Shown here: piece after piece, positions 27,600-41,900 of the stretch | Layout: each line of letters begins with the position of its first letter | Numbering within the stretch: position 1 is the stretch's first letter | Notes under the pieces: model-generated | Seen by the model: only the letters and a program-made list of their open reading frames with translations | Databases searched by the model: none | Told to the model about the DNA's origin: nothing | DNA from: Auanema rhodensis | Taxonomy: Eukaryota; Animalia; Nematoda | NCBI GenBank assembly: GCA_964057225.1 | Contig: OZ059894.1 | Span: 992,001 to 1,056,000 of the forward strand | Length of the DNA: 64,000 nt | Direction of reading: 5' to 3' | Position numbers and translations under genes: made by a program

Positions 27600-30500
27600 A
27601 TGTACACTCAACATTGCTTCCAAAAACATTTTGACAAAAATTTTTTCAAAAAATTTCAAAATAATTTAGCAAAAAGTAGATGTTTTTAAATTCCTTTTTT
27701 CAAAGCAAAGACGATGGACAATGTTATTCAACGAAAAAATTAATTCTTCAGGGTGAAAATCGAGGATATAAGTGTGAACTTATATCAGTTGATATCTCGG
27801 TGCATTTTTAAGCTAGGGCAAATCTGATAACACAGATCGACGCAGCTTAAAAATCCGCATCGAATGCACTATACTACATTGAGAAACGCTTAATACAAAA
27901 ATTAGTTATGATCGTTTGAAAAATGATGCATTAGTGTATGTTGAGTTTCCATGTACACTCAACATTGCTTCCAAAAACATTTTGACAAAAATTTTTTCGA
28001 AAAATTTCAAAATAATTTAGCAAAAAGTAGATGTTATAAGATTCCTTTTTTCAAGGCAAACACGATGGACAATGTTTTTCAACGAAAAAATTAATTCTTC
28101 AGGGTGAAAATCGAGGATATAAGTGTGAACTTATATCAGTTGATATCTCGGTGCATTTTTAAGCTAGCGCAAATCTGATAACACAGATCGACGCAGCTTA
28201 AAAATCCGCATCGAATGCACTATACTACTTTGAGAAACGCTTAATACAAAAATTAGTTATGATCGTTTGAAAAATGATGCATTAGTGTATGTTGAGTTTC
28301 CATGTACACTCAACATTGCTTCCAAAAACATTTTGACAAAAATTTTTTCGAAAAATTTCAAGATAATTCAGCAAAAAGTAGATGTTTTTAGATTCCTTTT
28401 TTCAAGGCAAACACGATGGACAATGTTTTTCAACGAAAAAATTAATTCTTCAGGGTGAAAATCGAGGATATAAGTGTGAACTTATATCAGTTGATATCTC
28501 GGTGCATTTTTAAGCTAGCGCAAATCTGATAACACAGATCGACGCAGCTTAAAAATCCGCATCGAATGCACTATACTACTTTGAGAAACGCTTAATACAA
28601 AAATTAGTTATGATCGTTTGAAAAATGATGCATTAGTGTATGTTGAGTTTCCATGTACACTCAACATTGCTTCCAAAAACATTTTGACAAAAATTTTTTC
28701 GAAAAATTTCAAGATAATTCAGCAAAAAGTAGATGTTTTTAGATTCCTTTTTTCAAGGCAAACACGATGGACAATGTTTTTCAACGAAAAAATTAATTCT
28801 TCAGGGTGAAAATCGAGGATATAAGTGTGAACTTATATCAGTTGATATCTCGGTGCATTTTTAAGCTAGCGCAAATCTGATAACACAGATCGACGCAGCT
28901 TAAAAATCCGCATCGAATGCACTATACTACATTGAGAAACGCTTAATACAAAAATTAGTTATGATCGTTTGAAAAATGATGCATTAGTGTATGTTGAGTT
29001 TCCATGTACACTCAACATTGCTTCCAAAAACATTTTGACAAAAATTTTTTCGAAAAATTTCAAGATAATTCAGCAAAAAGTAGATGTTTTTAGATTCCTT
29101 TTTTCAAGGCAAACACGATGGACAATGTTTTTCAACGAAAAAATTAATTCTTCAGGGTGAAAATCGAGGATATAAGTGTGAACTTATATCAGTTGATATC
29201 TCGGTGCATTTTTAAGCTAGCGCAAATCTGATAACACAGATCGACGCAGCTTAAAAATCCGCATCGAATGCACTATACTACATTGAGAAACGCTTAATAC
29301 AAAATTTAGTTATGATCGTTTGAAAAATGATGCATTAGTGTATGTTGAGTTTCCATGTACACTCAACATTGCTTCCAAAAACATTTTGACAAAAATTTTT
29401 TCAAAAAATTTCAAAATAATTTAGCAAAAAGTAGATGTTTTTAGATTCCTTTTTTCAAGGCAAAGACGATGGACAATGTTATTCAACGAAAAAATTAATT
29501 CTTCAGGGTGAAAATCGAGGATATAAGTGTGAACTTATATCAGTTGATGTCTCGGTGCATTTTTAAGCTAGCGCAAATCTGATAACACAGATCGACGCAG
29601 CTTAAAAATCCGCATCGAATGCACTATACTACATTGAGAAACGCTTAATACAAAAATTAGTTATGATCGTTTGAAAAATGATGCATTAGTGTATGTTGAG
29701 TTTCCATGTACACTCAACATTGCTTCCAAAAACATTTTGACAAAAATTTTCTCGAAAAATTTCAAAATAATTTAGCAAAAAGTAGATGTTATAAGATTCC
29801 TTTTTTCAAGGCAAACACGATGGACAATGTTTTTCAACGAAAAAATTAATTCTTCAGGGTGAAAATCGAGGATATAAGTGTGAACTTATATCAGTTGATA
29901 TCTCGGTGCATTTTTAAGCTAGCGCAAATCTGATAACACAGATCGACGCAGCTTAAAAAACCGCAGCGAATGCACTATACCACATTGAGAAACGCTTTAT
30001 ACAAAAATTAGTTATGATCGTTTGAAAAATGATGCATTAGTGTATGTTGAGTTTCCATGTACACTCAACATTGCTTCCAAAAACATTTTGACAAAAATTT
30101 TTTCGAAAAATTTCAAAATAATTTAGCAAAAAGTAGATGTTTTTAGATTCCTTTTTTCAAGGCAAACACGATGAACAATGTTTTTCAACGAAAAAATTAA
30201 TTCTTCAGGGTGAAAATCGAGGATATAAGTGTGAACTTATATCAGTTGATGTCTCGGTGCATTTTTAAGCTAGCGCAAATCTGATAACACAGATCGACGC
30301 AGCTTAAAAATCCGCATCGAATGCACTATACTACATTGAGAAACGCTTAATACAAAAATTAGTTATGATCGTTTGAAAAATGATGCATTAGTGTATGTTG
30401 AGTTTCCATGTACACTCAACATTGCTTCCAAAAACATTTTGACAAAAATTTTTTCAAAAAATTTCAAAATAATTTAGCAAAAAGTAGATGTTTTTAGATT

Positions 30501-33500
30501 CCTTTTTTCAAGGCAAAGACGATGGACAATGTTATTCAACGAAAAAATTAATTCTTCAGGGTGAAAATCGAGGATATAAGTGTGAACTTATATCAGTTGA
30601 TATCTCGGTGCTTTTTTAAGCTAGCGCAAATCGGATAACACAGATCGACGCAGCTTAAAAATCCGCATCGAATACACTATACTACTTTGAGAAACGCTTA
30701 ATACAATAATTAGTTATGATCGTTTGAAAAATGATGCATTAGTGTATGTTGAGTTTCCATGTACACTCAACATTGCTTCCAAAAACATTTTGACAAAAAT
30801 TTTTTCAAAAAATTTCAAAATAATTTAGCAAAAAGTAGATGTTTTTAGATTCCTTTTTTCAAGGCAAAGACGATGGACAATGTTATTCAACGAAAAAATT
30901 AATTCTTCAGGGTGAAAATCGAGGATATAAGTGTGAACTTATATCAGTTGATATCTCGGTGCATTTTTAAGCTAGCGCAAATCTGATAACACAGATCGAC
31001 GCAGCTTAAAAATCCGCATCGAATGCACTATACCACATTGAGAAACGCTTTATACAAAAATTAGTTATGATCGTTTGAAAAATGATGCATTAGTGTATGT
31101 TGAGTTTCCATGTACACTCAACATTGCTTCCAAAAACATTTTGACAAAAATTTTTTCGAAAAATTTCAAAATAATTTAGCAAAAAGTAGATGTTTTTAGA
31201 TTCCTTTTTTCAAGGCAAACACGATGAACAATGTTTTTCAACGAAAAAATTAATTCTTCAGGGTGAAAATCGAGGATATAAGTGTGAACTTATATCAGTT
31301 GATGTCTCGGTGCATTTTTAAGCTAGCGCAAATCTGATAACACAGATCGACGCAGCTTAAAAATCCGCATCGAATACACTATACTACTTTGAGAAACGCT
31401 TAATACAATAATTAGTTATGATCGTTTGAAAAATGATGCATTAGTGTATGTTGAGTTTCCATGTACACTCAACATTGCTTCCAAAAACATTTTGACAAAA
31501 ATTTTTTCAAAAAATTTCAAAATAATTTAGCAAAAAGTAGATGTTTTTAAATTCCTTTTTTCAAGGCAAAGACGATGGACAATGTTATTCAACGAAAAAG
31601 TTAATTCTTCAGGGTGAAAATCGAGGATATAAGTGTGAACTTATATCAGTTGATATCTCGGTGCATTTTTAAGCTAGCGCAAATCTGATAACACAGATCG
31701 ACGCAGCTTAAAAATCCGCATCGAATGCACTATACTACATTGAGAAACGCTTAATACAAAAATTAGTTATGATCGTTTGAAAAATGATGCATTAGTGTAT
31801 GTTGAGTTTCCATGTACACTCAACATTGCTTCCAAAAACATTTTGACAAAAATTTTTTCAAAAAATTTCAAAATAATTTAGCAAAAAGTAGATGTTTTTA
31901 GATTCCTTTTTTCAAGGCAAAGACGATGGACAATGTTATTCAACGAAAAAATTAATTCTTCAGGGTGAAAATCGAGGATATAAGTGTGAACTTATATCAG
32001 TTGATATCTCGGTGCTTTTTTAAGCTAGCGCAAATCGGATAACACAGATCGACGCAGCTTAAAAATCCGCATCGAATACACTATACTACTTTGAGAAACG
32101 CTTAATACAATAATTAGTTATGATCGTTTGAAAAATGATGCATTAGTGTATGTTGAGTTTCCATGTACACTCAACATTGCTTCCAAAAACATTTTGACAA
32201 AAATTTTTTCAAAAAATTTCAAAATAATTTAGCAAAAAGTAGATGTTTTTAAATTCCTTTTTTCAAAGCAAAGACGATGGACAATGTTATTCAACGAAAA
32301 AATTAATTCTTCAGGGTGAAAATCGAGGATATAAGTGTGAACTTATATCAGTTGATATCTCGGTGCATTTTTAAGCTAGGGCAAATCTGATAACACAGAT
32401 CGACGCAGCTTAAAAATCCGCATCGAATGCACTATACTACATTGAGAAACGCTTAATACAAAAATTAGTTATGATCGTTTGAAAAATGATGCATTAGTGT
32501 ATGTTGAGTTTCCATGTACACTCAACATTGCTTCCAAAAACATTTTGACAAAAATTTTTTCGAAAAATTTCAAAATAATTTAGCAAAAAGTAGATGTTAT
32601 AAGATTCCTTTTTTCAAGGCAAACACGATGGACAATGTTTTTCAACGAAAAAATTAATTCTTCAGGGTGAAAATCGAGGATATAAGTGTGAACTTATATC
32701 AGTTGATATCTCGGTGCATTTTTAAGCTAGCGCAAATCTGATAACACAGATCGACGCAGCTTAAAAATCCGCATCGAATGCACTATACTACTTTGAGAAA
32801 CGCTTAATACAAAAATTAGTTATGATCGTTTGAAAAATGATGCATTAGTGTATGTTGAGTTTCCATGTACACTCAACATTGCTTCCAAAAACATTTTGAC
32901 AAAAATTTTTTCGAAAAATTTCAAGATAATTCAGCAAAAAGTAGATGTTTTTAGATTCCTTTTTTCAAGGCAAACACGATGGACAATGTTTTTCAACGAA
33001 AAAATTAATTCTTCAGGGTGAAAATCGAGGATATAAGTGTGAACTTATATCAGTTGATATCTCGGTGCATTTTTAAGCTAGCGCAAATCTGATAACACAG
33101 ATCGACGCAGCTTAAAAATCCGCATCGAATGCACTATACTACATTGAGAAACGCTTAATACAAAAATTAGTTATGATCGTTTGAAAAATGATGCATTAGT
33201 GTATGTTGAGTTTCCATGTACACTCAACATTGCTTCCAAAAACATTTTGACAAAAATTTTTTCGAAAAATTTCAAGATAATTCAGCAAAAAGTAGATGTT
33301 TTTAGATTCCTTTTTTCAAGGCAAACACGATGGACAATGTTTTTCAACGAAAAAATTAATTCTTCAGGGTGAAAATCGAGGATATAAGTGTGAACTTATA
33401 TCAGTTGATATCTCGGTGCATTTTTAAGCTAGCGCAAATCTGATAACACAGATCGACGCAGCTTAAAAATCCGCATCGAATGCACTATACTACATTGAGA

Positions 33501-36500
33501 AACGCTTAATACAAAAATTAGTTATGATCGTTTGAAAAATGATGCATTAGTGTATGTTGAGTTTCCATGTACACTCAACATTGCTTCCAAAAACATTTTG
33601 ACAAAAATTTTTTCAAAAAATTTCAAAATAATTTAGCAAAAAGTAGATGTTTTTAGATTCCTTTTTTCAAGGCAAAGACGATGGACAATGTTATTCAACG
33701 AAAAAATTAATTCTTCAGGGTGAAAATCGAGGATATAAGTGTGAACTTATATCAGTTGATATCTCGGTGCATTTTTAAGCTAGCGCAAATCTGATAACAC
33801 AGATCGACGCAGCTTAAAAATCCGCATCGAATGCACTATACTACTTTGAGAAACGCTTAATACAAAAATTAGTTATGATCGTTTGAAAAATGATGCATTA
33901 GTGTATGTTGAGTTTCCATGTACACTCAACATTGCTTCCAAAAACATTTTGACAAAAATTTTTTCAAAAAATTTCAAAATAATTTAGCAAAAAGTAGATG
34001 TTTTTAGATTTCTTTTTTCAAGGCAAAGACGATGGACAATGTTATTCAACGAAAAAATTAATTCTTCAGGGTGAAAATCGAGGATATAAGTGTGAACTTA
34101 TATCAGTTGATATCTCGGTGCATTTTTAAGCTAGCGCAAATCTGATAACACAGATCGACGCAGCTTAAAAATCCGCATCGAATGCACTATACTACATTGA
34201 GAAACGCTTAATACAAAATTTAGTTATGATCGTTTGAAAAATGATGCATTAGTGTATGTTGAGTTTCCATGTACACTCAACATTGCTTCCAAAAACATTT
34301 TGACAAAAATTTTTTCAAAAAATTTCAAAATAATTTAGCAAAAAGTAGATGTTTTTAGATTCCTTTTTTCAAGGCAAAGACGATGGACAATGTTATTCAA
34401 CGAAAAAATTAATTCTTCAGGGTGAAAATCGAGGATATAAGTGTGAACTTATATCAGTTGATATCTCGGTGCATTTTTAAGCTAGCGCAAATCTGATAAC
34501 ACAGATCGACGCAGCTTAAAAATCCGCATCGAATGCACTATACTACATTGAGAAACGCTTAATACAAAAATTAGTTATGATCGTTTGAAAAATGATGCAT
34601 TAGTGTATGTTGAGTTTCCATGTACACTCAACATTGCTTCCAAAAACATTTTGACAAAAATTTTCTCGAAAAATTTCAAAATAATTTAGCAAAAAGTAGA
34701 TGTTATAAGATTCCTTTTTTCAAGGCAAACACGATGGACAATGTTTTTCAACGAAAAAATTAATTCTTCAGGGTGAAAATCGAGGATATAAGTGTGAACT
34801 TATATCAGTTGATATCTCGGTGCATTTTTAAGCTAGCGCAAATCTGATAACACAGATCGACGCAGCTTAAAAAACCGCAGCGAATGCACTATACCACATT
34901 GAGAAACGCTTTATACAAAAATTAGTTATGATCGTTTGAAAAATGATGCATTAGTGTATGTTGAGTTTCCATGTACACTCAACATTGCTTCCAAAAACAT
35001 TTTGACAAAAATTTTTTCGAAAAATTTCAAAATAATTTAGCAAAAAGTAGATGTTTTTAGATTCCTTTTTTCAAGGCAAACACGATGAACAATGTTTTTC
35101 AACGAAAAAATTAATTCTTCAGGGTGAAAATCGAGGATATAAGTGTGAACTTATATCAGTTGATGTCTCGGTGCATTTTTAAGCTAGCGCAAATCTGATA
35201 ACACAGATCGACGCAGCTTAAAAATCCGCATCGAATGCACTATACTACATTGAGAAACGCTTAATACAAAAATTAGTTATGATCGTTTGAAAAATGATGC
35301 ATTAGTGTATGTTGAGTTTCCATGTACACTCAACATTGCTTCCAAAAACATTTTGACAAAAATTTTTTCAAAAAATTTCAAAATAATTTAGCAAAAAGTA
35401 GATGTTTTTAGATTCCTTTTTTCAAGGCAAAGACGATGGACAATGTTATTCAACGAAAAAATTAATTCTTCAGGGTGAAAATCGAGGATATAAGTGTGAA
35501 CTTATATCAGTTGATATCTCGGTGCTTTTTTAAGCTAGCGCAAATCGGATAACACAGATCGACGCAGCTTAAAAATCCGCATCGAATACACTATACTACT
35601 TTGAGAAACGCTTAATACAATAATTAGTTATGATCGTTTGAAAAATGATGCATTAGTGTATGTTGAGTTTCCATGTACACTCAACATTGCTTCCAAAAAC
35701 ATTTTGACAAAAATTTTTTCAAAAAATTTCAAAATAATTTAGCAAAAAGTAGATGTTTTTAGATTCCTTTTTTCAAGGCAAAGACGATGGACAATGTTAT
35801 TCAACGAAAAAATTAATTCTTCAGGGTGAAAATCGAGGATATAAGTGTGAACTTATATCAGTTGATATCTCGGTGCATTTTTAAGCTAGCGCAAATCTGA
35901 TAACACAGATCGACGCAGCTTAAAAATCCGCATCGAATGCACTATACCACATTGAGAAACGCTTTATACAAAAATTAGTTATGATCGTTTGAAAAATGAT
36001 GCATTAGTGTATGTTGAGTTTCCATGTACACTCAACATTGCTTCCAAAAACATTTTGACAAAAATTTTTTCGAAAAATTTCAAAATAATTTAGCAAAAAG
36101 TAGATGTTTTTAGATTCCTTTTTTCAAGGCAAACACGATGAACAATGTTTTTCAACGAAAAAATTAATTCTTCAGGGTGAAAATCGAGGATATAAGTGTG
36201 AACTTATATCAGTTGATGTCTCGGTGCATTTTTAAGCTAGCGCAAATCTGATAACACAGATCGACGCAGCTTAAAAATCCGCATCGAATACACTATACTA
36301 CTTTGAGAAACGCTTAATACAATAATTAGTTATGATCGTTTGAAAAATGATGCATTAGTGTATGTTGAGTTTCCATGTACACTCAACATTGCTTCCAAAA
36401 ACATTTTGACAAAAATTTTTTCAAAAAATTTCAAAATAATTTAGCAAAAAGTAGATGTTTTTAAATTCCTTTTTTCAAGGCAAAGACGATGGACAATGTT

Positions 36501-36600
36501 ATTCAACGAAAAAGTTAATTCTTCAGGGTGAAAATCGAGGATGTAAGTGTGAACTTATATCAGTTGATATCTCGGTGCATTTTTAAGCTAGCGCAAATCT
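27600..36600. repeat. Higher-order repeat: 13/14-mer, two copies
   Basis: Offset 4563 (13x351): 27704/32267, 27817/32380, 28267/32830. Offset 4914 (14x351): 29305/34219, 29751/34665, 29960/34874, 31600/36514. Confidence 0.9.
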
Positions 36601-38949
36601 GATAACACAGATCGACGCAGCTTAAAAATCCGCATCGAATGCACTATACCACATTGAGAAACGCTTAATACAAAAATTAGTTATGATCGTTTGAAAAATG
36701 ATGCATTAGTGTATGTTGAGTTTCCATGTACACTCAACATTGCTTCCAAAAACATTTTGACAAAAATTTTTTCGAAAAATTTCAAAATAATTTAGCAAAA
36801 AGTAGATGTTTTTAGATTCCTTTTTTCAAGGCAAAGACGATGGACAATGTTATTCAACGAAAAAATTAATTCTTCAGGGTGAAAATCGAGGATATAAGTG
36901 TGAACTTATATCAGTTGATATCTCGGTGCATTTTTAAGCTAGCGCAAATCTGATAACACAGATCGACGCAGCTTAAAAATCCGCATCGAATGCACTATAC
37001 TACATTGAGAAACGCTTAATACAAAAATTAGTTATGATCGTTTGAAAAATGATGCATTAGTGTATGTTGAGTTTCCATGTACACTCAACATTGCTTCCAA
37101 AAACATTTTGACAAAAATTTTTTCAAAAAATTTCAAAATAATTTAGCAAAAAGTAGATGTTTCTAGATTCCTTTTTTCAAGGCAAAGACGATGGACAATG
37201 TTATTCAACGAAAAAATTAATTCTTCAGGGTGAAAATCGAGGATATAAGTGTGAACTTATATCAGTTGATATCTCGGTGCTTTTTTAAGCTAGCGCAAAT
37301 CGGATAACACAGATCGACGCAGCTTAAAAATCCGCATCGAATACACTATACTACTTTGAGAAACGCTTAATACAATAATTAGTTATGATCGTTTGAAAAA
37401 TGATGCATTAGTGTATGTTGAGTTTCCATGTACACTCAACATTGCTTCCAAAAACATTTTGACAAAAATTTTTTCAAAAAATTTCAAAATAATTTAGCAA
37501 AAAGTAGATGTTTTTAAATTCCTTTTTTCAAGGCAAAGACGATGGACAATGTTATTCAACGAAAAAATTAATTCTTCAGGGTGAAAATCGAGGATATAAG
37601 TGTGAACTTATATCAGTTGATATCTCGGTGCTTTTTTAAGCTAGCGCAAATCGGATAACACAGATCGACGCAGCTTAAAAATCCGCATCGAATACACTAT
37701 ACTACTTTGAGAAACGCTTAATACAATAATTAGTTATGATCGTTTGAAAAATGATGCATTAGTGTATGTTGAGTTTCCATGTACACTCAACATTGCTTCC
37801 AAAAACATTTTGACAAAAATTTTTTCAAAAAATTTCAAAATAATTTAGCAAAAAGTAGATGTTGTTAAATTCCTTTTTTCAAGGCAAAGACGATGGACAA
37901 TGTTATTCAACGAAAAAGTTAATTCTTCAGGGTGAAAATCGAGGATATAAGTGTGAACTTATATCAGTTGATATCTCGGTGCATTTTTAAGCTAGCGCAA
38001 ATCTGATAACACAGATCGACGCAGCTTAAAAATCCGCATCGAATGCACTATACCACATTGAGAAACGCTTAATACAAAAATTAGTTATGATCGTTTGAAA
38101 AATGATGCATTAGTGTATGTTGAGTTTCCATGTACACTCAACATTGCTTCCAAAAACATTTTGACAAAAATTTTTTCGAAAAATTTCAAAATAATTTAGC
38201 AAAAAGTAGATGTTTTTAGATTCCTTTTTTCAAGGCAAAGACGATGGACAATGTTATTCAACGAAAAAATTAATTCTTCAGGGTGAAAATCGAGGATATA
38301 AGTGTGAACTTATATCAGTTGATATCTCGGTGCATTTTTAAGCTAGCGCAAATCTGATAACACAGATCGACGCAGCTTAAAAATCCGCATCGAATGCACT
38401 ATACCACATTGAGAAACGCTTAATACAAAAATTAGTTATGATCGTTTGAAAAATGATGCATTAGTGTATGTTGAGTTTCCATGTACACTCAACATTGCTT
38501 CCAAAAACATTTTGACAAAAATTTTTTCGAAAAATTTCAAAATAATTTAGCAAAAAGTAGATGTTTTTAGATTCCTTTTTTCAAGGCAAAGACGATGGAC
38601 AATGTTATTCATCGAAAAAATTAATTCTTCAGGGTGAAAATCGAGGATATAAGTGTGAACTTATATCAGTTGATATCTCGGTGCATTTTTAAGCTAGCGC
38701 AAATCTGATACCACAGATCGACGCAGCTTAAAAATCCGCATCGAATGCACTATACTACATTGAGAAACGCTTAATACAAAAATTAGTTATGATCGTTTGA
38801 AAAATGATGCATTAGTGTATGTTGAGTTTCCATGTACACTCAACATTGCTTCCAAAAACATTTTGACGAAAATTTTTTCAAAAAATTTCAAAATAATTTA
38901 GCAAAAAGTAGATGTTTCTAGATTCCTTTTTTCAAGGCAAAGACGATGG

Positions 38950-41900
38950 ACAATGTTATTCAACGAAAAAATTAATTCTTCAGGGTGAAAATCGAGGATA
39001 TAAGTGTGAACTTATATCAGTTGATATCTCGGTGCATTTTTAAGCTAGCGCAAATCTGATAACACAGATCGACGCAGCTTAAAAATCCGCATCGAATGCA
39101 CTATACCACATTGAGAAACGCTTTATACAAAAATTAGTTATGATCGTTTGAAAAATGATGCATTAGTGTATGTTGAGTTTCCATGTACACTCAACATTGC
39201 TTCCAAAAACATTTTGACAAAAATTTTTTCGAAAAATTTCAAAATAATTTAGCAAAAAGTAGATGTTTTTAGATTCCTTTTTTCAAGGCAAACACGATGA
39301 ACAATGTTTTTCAACGAAAAAATTAATTCTTCAGGGTGAAAATCGAGGATATAAGTGTGAACTTATATCAGTTGATGTCTCGGTGCATTTTTAAGCTAGC
39401 GCAAATCTGATAACACAGATCGACGCAGCTTAAAAATCCGCATCGAATGCACTATACTACATTGAGAAACGCTTAAAACAAAAATTAGTTATGATCGTTT
39501 GAAAAATGATGCATTAGTGTATGTTGAGTTTCCATGTACACTCAACATTGCTTCCAAAAACATTTTGACAAAAATTTTTTCAAAAAATTTCAAGATAATT
39601 TAGCAAAAAGTATATGTTTTTAGATTCCTTTTTTCAAAGCAAAGACGATGGACAATGTTATTCAACGAAAAAATTAATTCTTCAGGGTGAAAATCGAGGA
39701 TATAAGTGTGAACTTATATCAGTTGATATCTCGGTGCATTTTTAAGCTAGCGCAAATCTGATAACACAGATCGACGCAGCTTTAAAATCCGCATCGAATG
39801 CACTATACTACTTTGAGAAACGCTTAATACAAAAATTAGTTATGATCGTTTGAAAAATGATGCATTAGTGTATGTTGAGTTTCCATGTACACTCAACATT
39901 GCTTCCAAAAACATTTTGACAAAAATTTTTTCAAAAAATTTCAAAATAATTTAGCAAAAAGTAGATGTTTTTAAATTCCTTTTTTCAAGGCAAAGACGAT
40001 GGACAATGTTATTCAACGAAAAAATTAATTCTTCAGGGTGAAAATCGAGGATATAAGTGTGAACTTATATCAGTTGATATCTCGGTGCATTTTTAAGCTA
40101 GCGCAAATCTGATAACACAGATCGACGCAGCTTAAAAATCCGCATCGAATGCACTATACTACATTGAGAAACGCTTAATACAAAAATTAGTTATGATCGT
40201 TTGAAAAATGATGCATTAGTGTATGTTGAGTTTCCATGTACACTCAACATTGCTTCCAAAAACATTTTGACAAAAATTTTTTCAAAAAATTTCAAAATAA
40301 TTTAGCAAAAAGTAGATGTTTTTAGATTCCTTTTTTCAAGGCAAAAACGATGGACAATGTTTTTCAACGAAAAAATTAATTCTTCAGGGTGAAAATCGAG
40401 GATATAAGTGTGAACTTATATCAGTTGATATCTCGGTGCATTTTTAAGCTAGCGCAAATCTGATAACACAGATCGACGCAGCTTAAAAATTTGCATCGAA
40501 TGCACTATACTACATTGAGAAACGCTTAATACAAAAATTAGTTATGATCGTTTGAAAAATGATGCATTAGTGTATGTTGAGTTTCCATGTACACTCAACA
40601 TTGCTTCCAAAAACATTTTGACAAAAATTTTTTCAAAAAATTTCAAAATAATTTAGCAAAAAGTAGATGTTTCTAGATTCCTTTTTTCAAGGCAAAGACG
40701 ATGGACAATGTTATTCAACGAAAAAATTAATTCTTCAGGGTGAAAATCGAGGATATAAGTGTGAACTTATATCAGTTGATATCTCGGTGCTTTTTTAAGC
40801 TAGCGCAAATCGGATAACACAGATCGACGCAGCTTAAAAATCCGCATCGAATACACTATACTACTTTGAGAAACGCTTAATACAATAATTAGTTATGATC
40901 GTTTGAAAAATGATGCATTAGTGTATGTTGAGTTTCCATGTACACTCAACATTGCTTCCAAAAACATTTTGACAAAAATTTTTTCAAAAAATTTCAAAAT
41001 AATTTAGCAAAAAGTAGATGTTTTTAAATTCCTTTTTTCAAGGCAAAGACGATGGACAATGTTATTCAACGAAAAAATTAATTCTTCAGGGTGAAAATCG
41101 AGGATATAAGTGTGAACTTATATCAGTTGATATCTCGGTGCATTTTTAAGCTAGCGCAAATCTGATAACACAGATCGACGCAGCTTAAAAATCCGCATCG
41201 AATGCACTATACCACATTGAGAAACGCTTTATACAAAAATTAGTTATGATCGTTTGAAAAATGATGCATTAGTGTATGTTGAGTTTCCATGTACACTCAA
41301 CATTGCTTCCAAAAACATTTTGACAAAAATTTTTTCGAAAAATTTCAAAATAATTTAGCAAAAAGTAGATGTTTTTAGATTCCTTTTTTCAAGGCAAACA
41401 CGATGAACAATGTTTTTCAACGAAAAAATTAATTCTTCAGGGTGAAAATCGAGGATATAAGTGTGAACTTATATCAGTTGATATCTCGGTGCTTTTTTAA
41501 GCTAGCGCAAATCGGATAACACAGATCGACGCAGCTTAAAAATCCGCATCGAATGCACTATACTACATTGAGAAACGCTTTATACAAAAATTAGTTATGA
41601 TCGTTTGAAAAATGATGCATTAGTGTATGTTGAGTTTCCATGTACACTCAACATTGCTTCCAAAAACATTTTGACAAAAATTTTTTCGAAAAATTTCAAA
41701 ATAATTTAGCAAAAAGTAGATGTTTTTAGATTCCTTTTTTCAAGGCAAAGACGATGGACAATGTTATTCAACGAAAAAATTAATTCTTCAGGGTGAAAAT
41801 CGAGGATATAAGTGTGAACTTATATCAGTTGATATCTCGGTGCTTTTTTAAGCTAGCGCAAATCGGATAACACAGATCGACGCAGCTTAAAAATCCGCAT

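Noticed and set aside
28267-33372. Five identical 63-aa ORFs as protein-coding genes
   Set aside because: TTG start, no recognisable domain, composition (K/F/I/N) dictated by A/T tracts, and the frame is closed by TAG in the other ~177 monomers.
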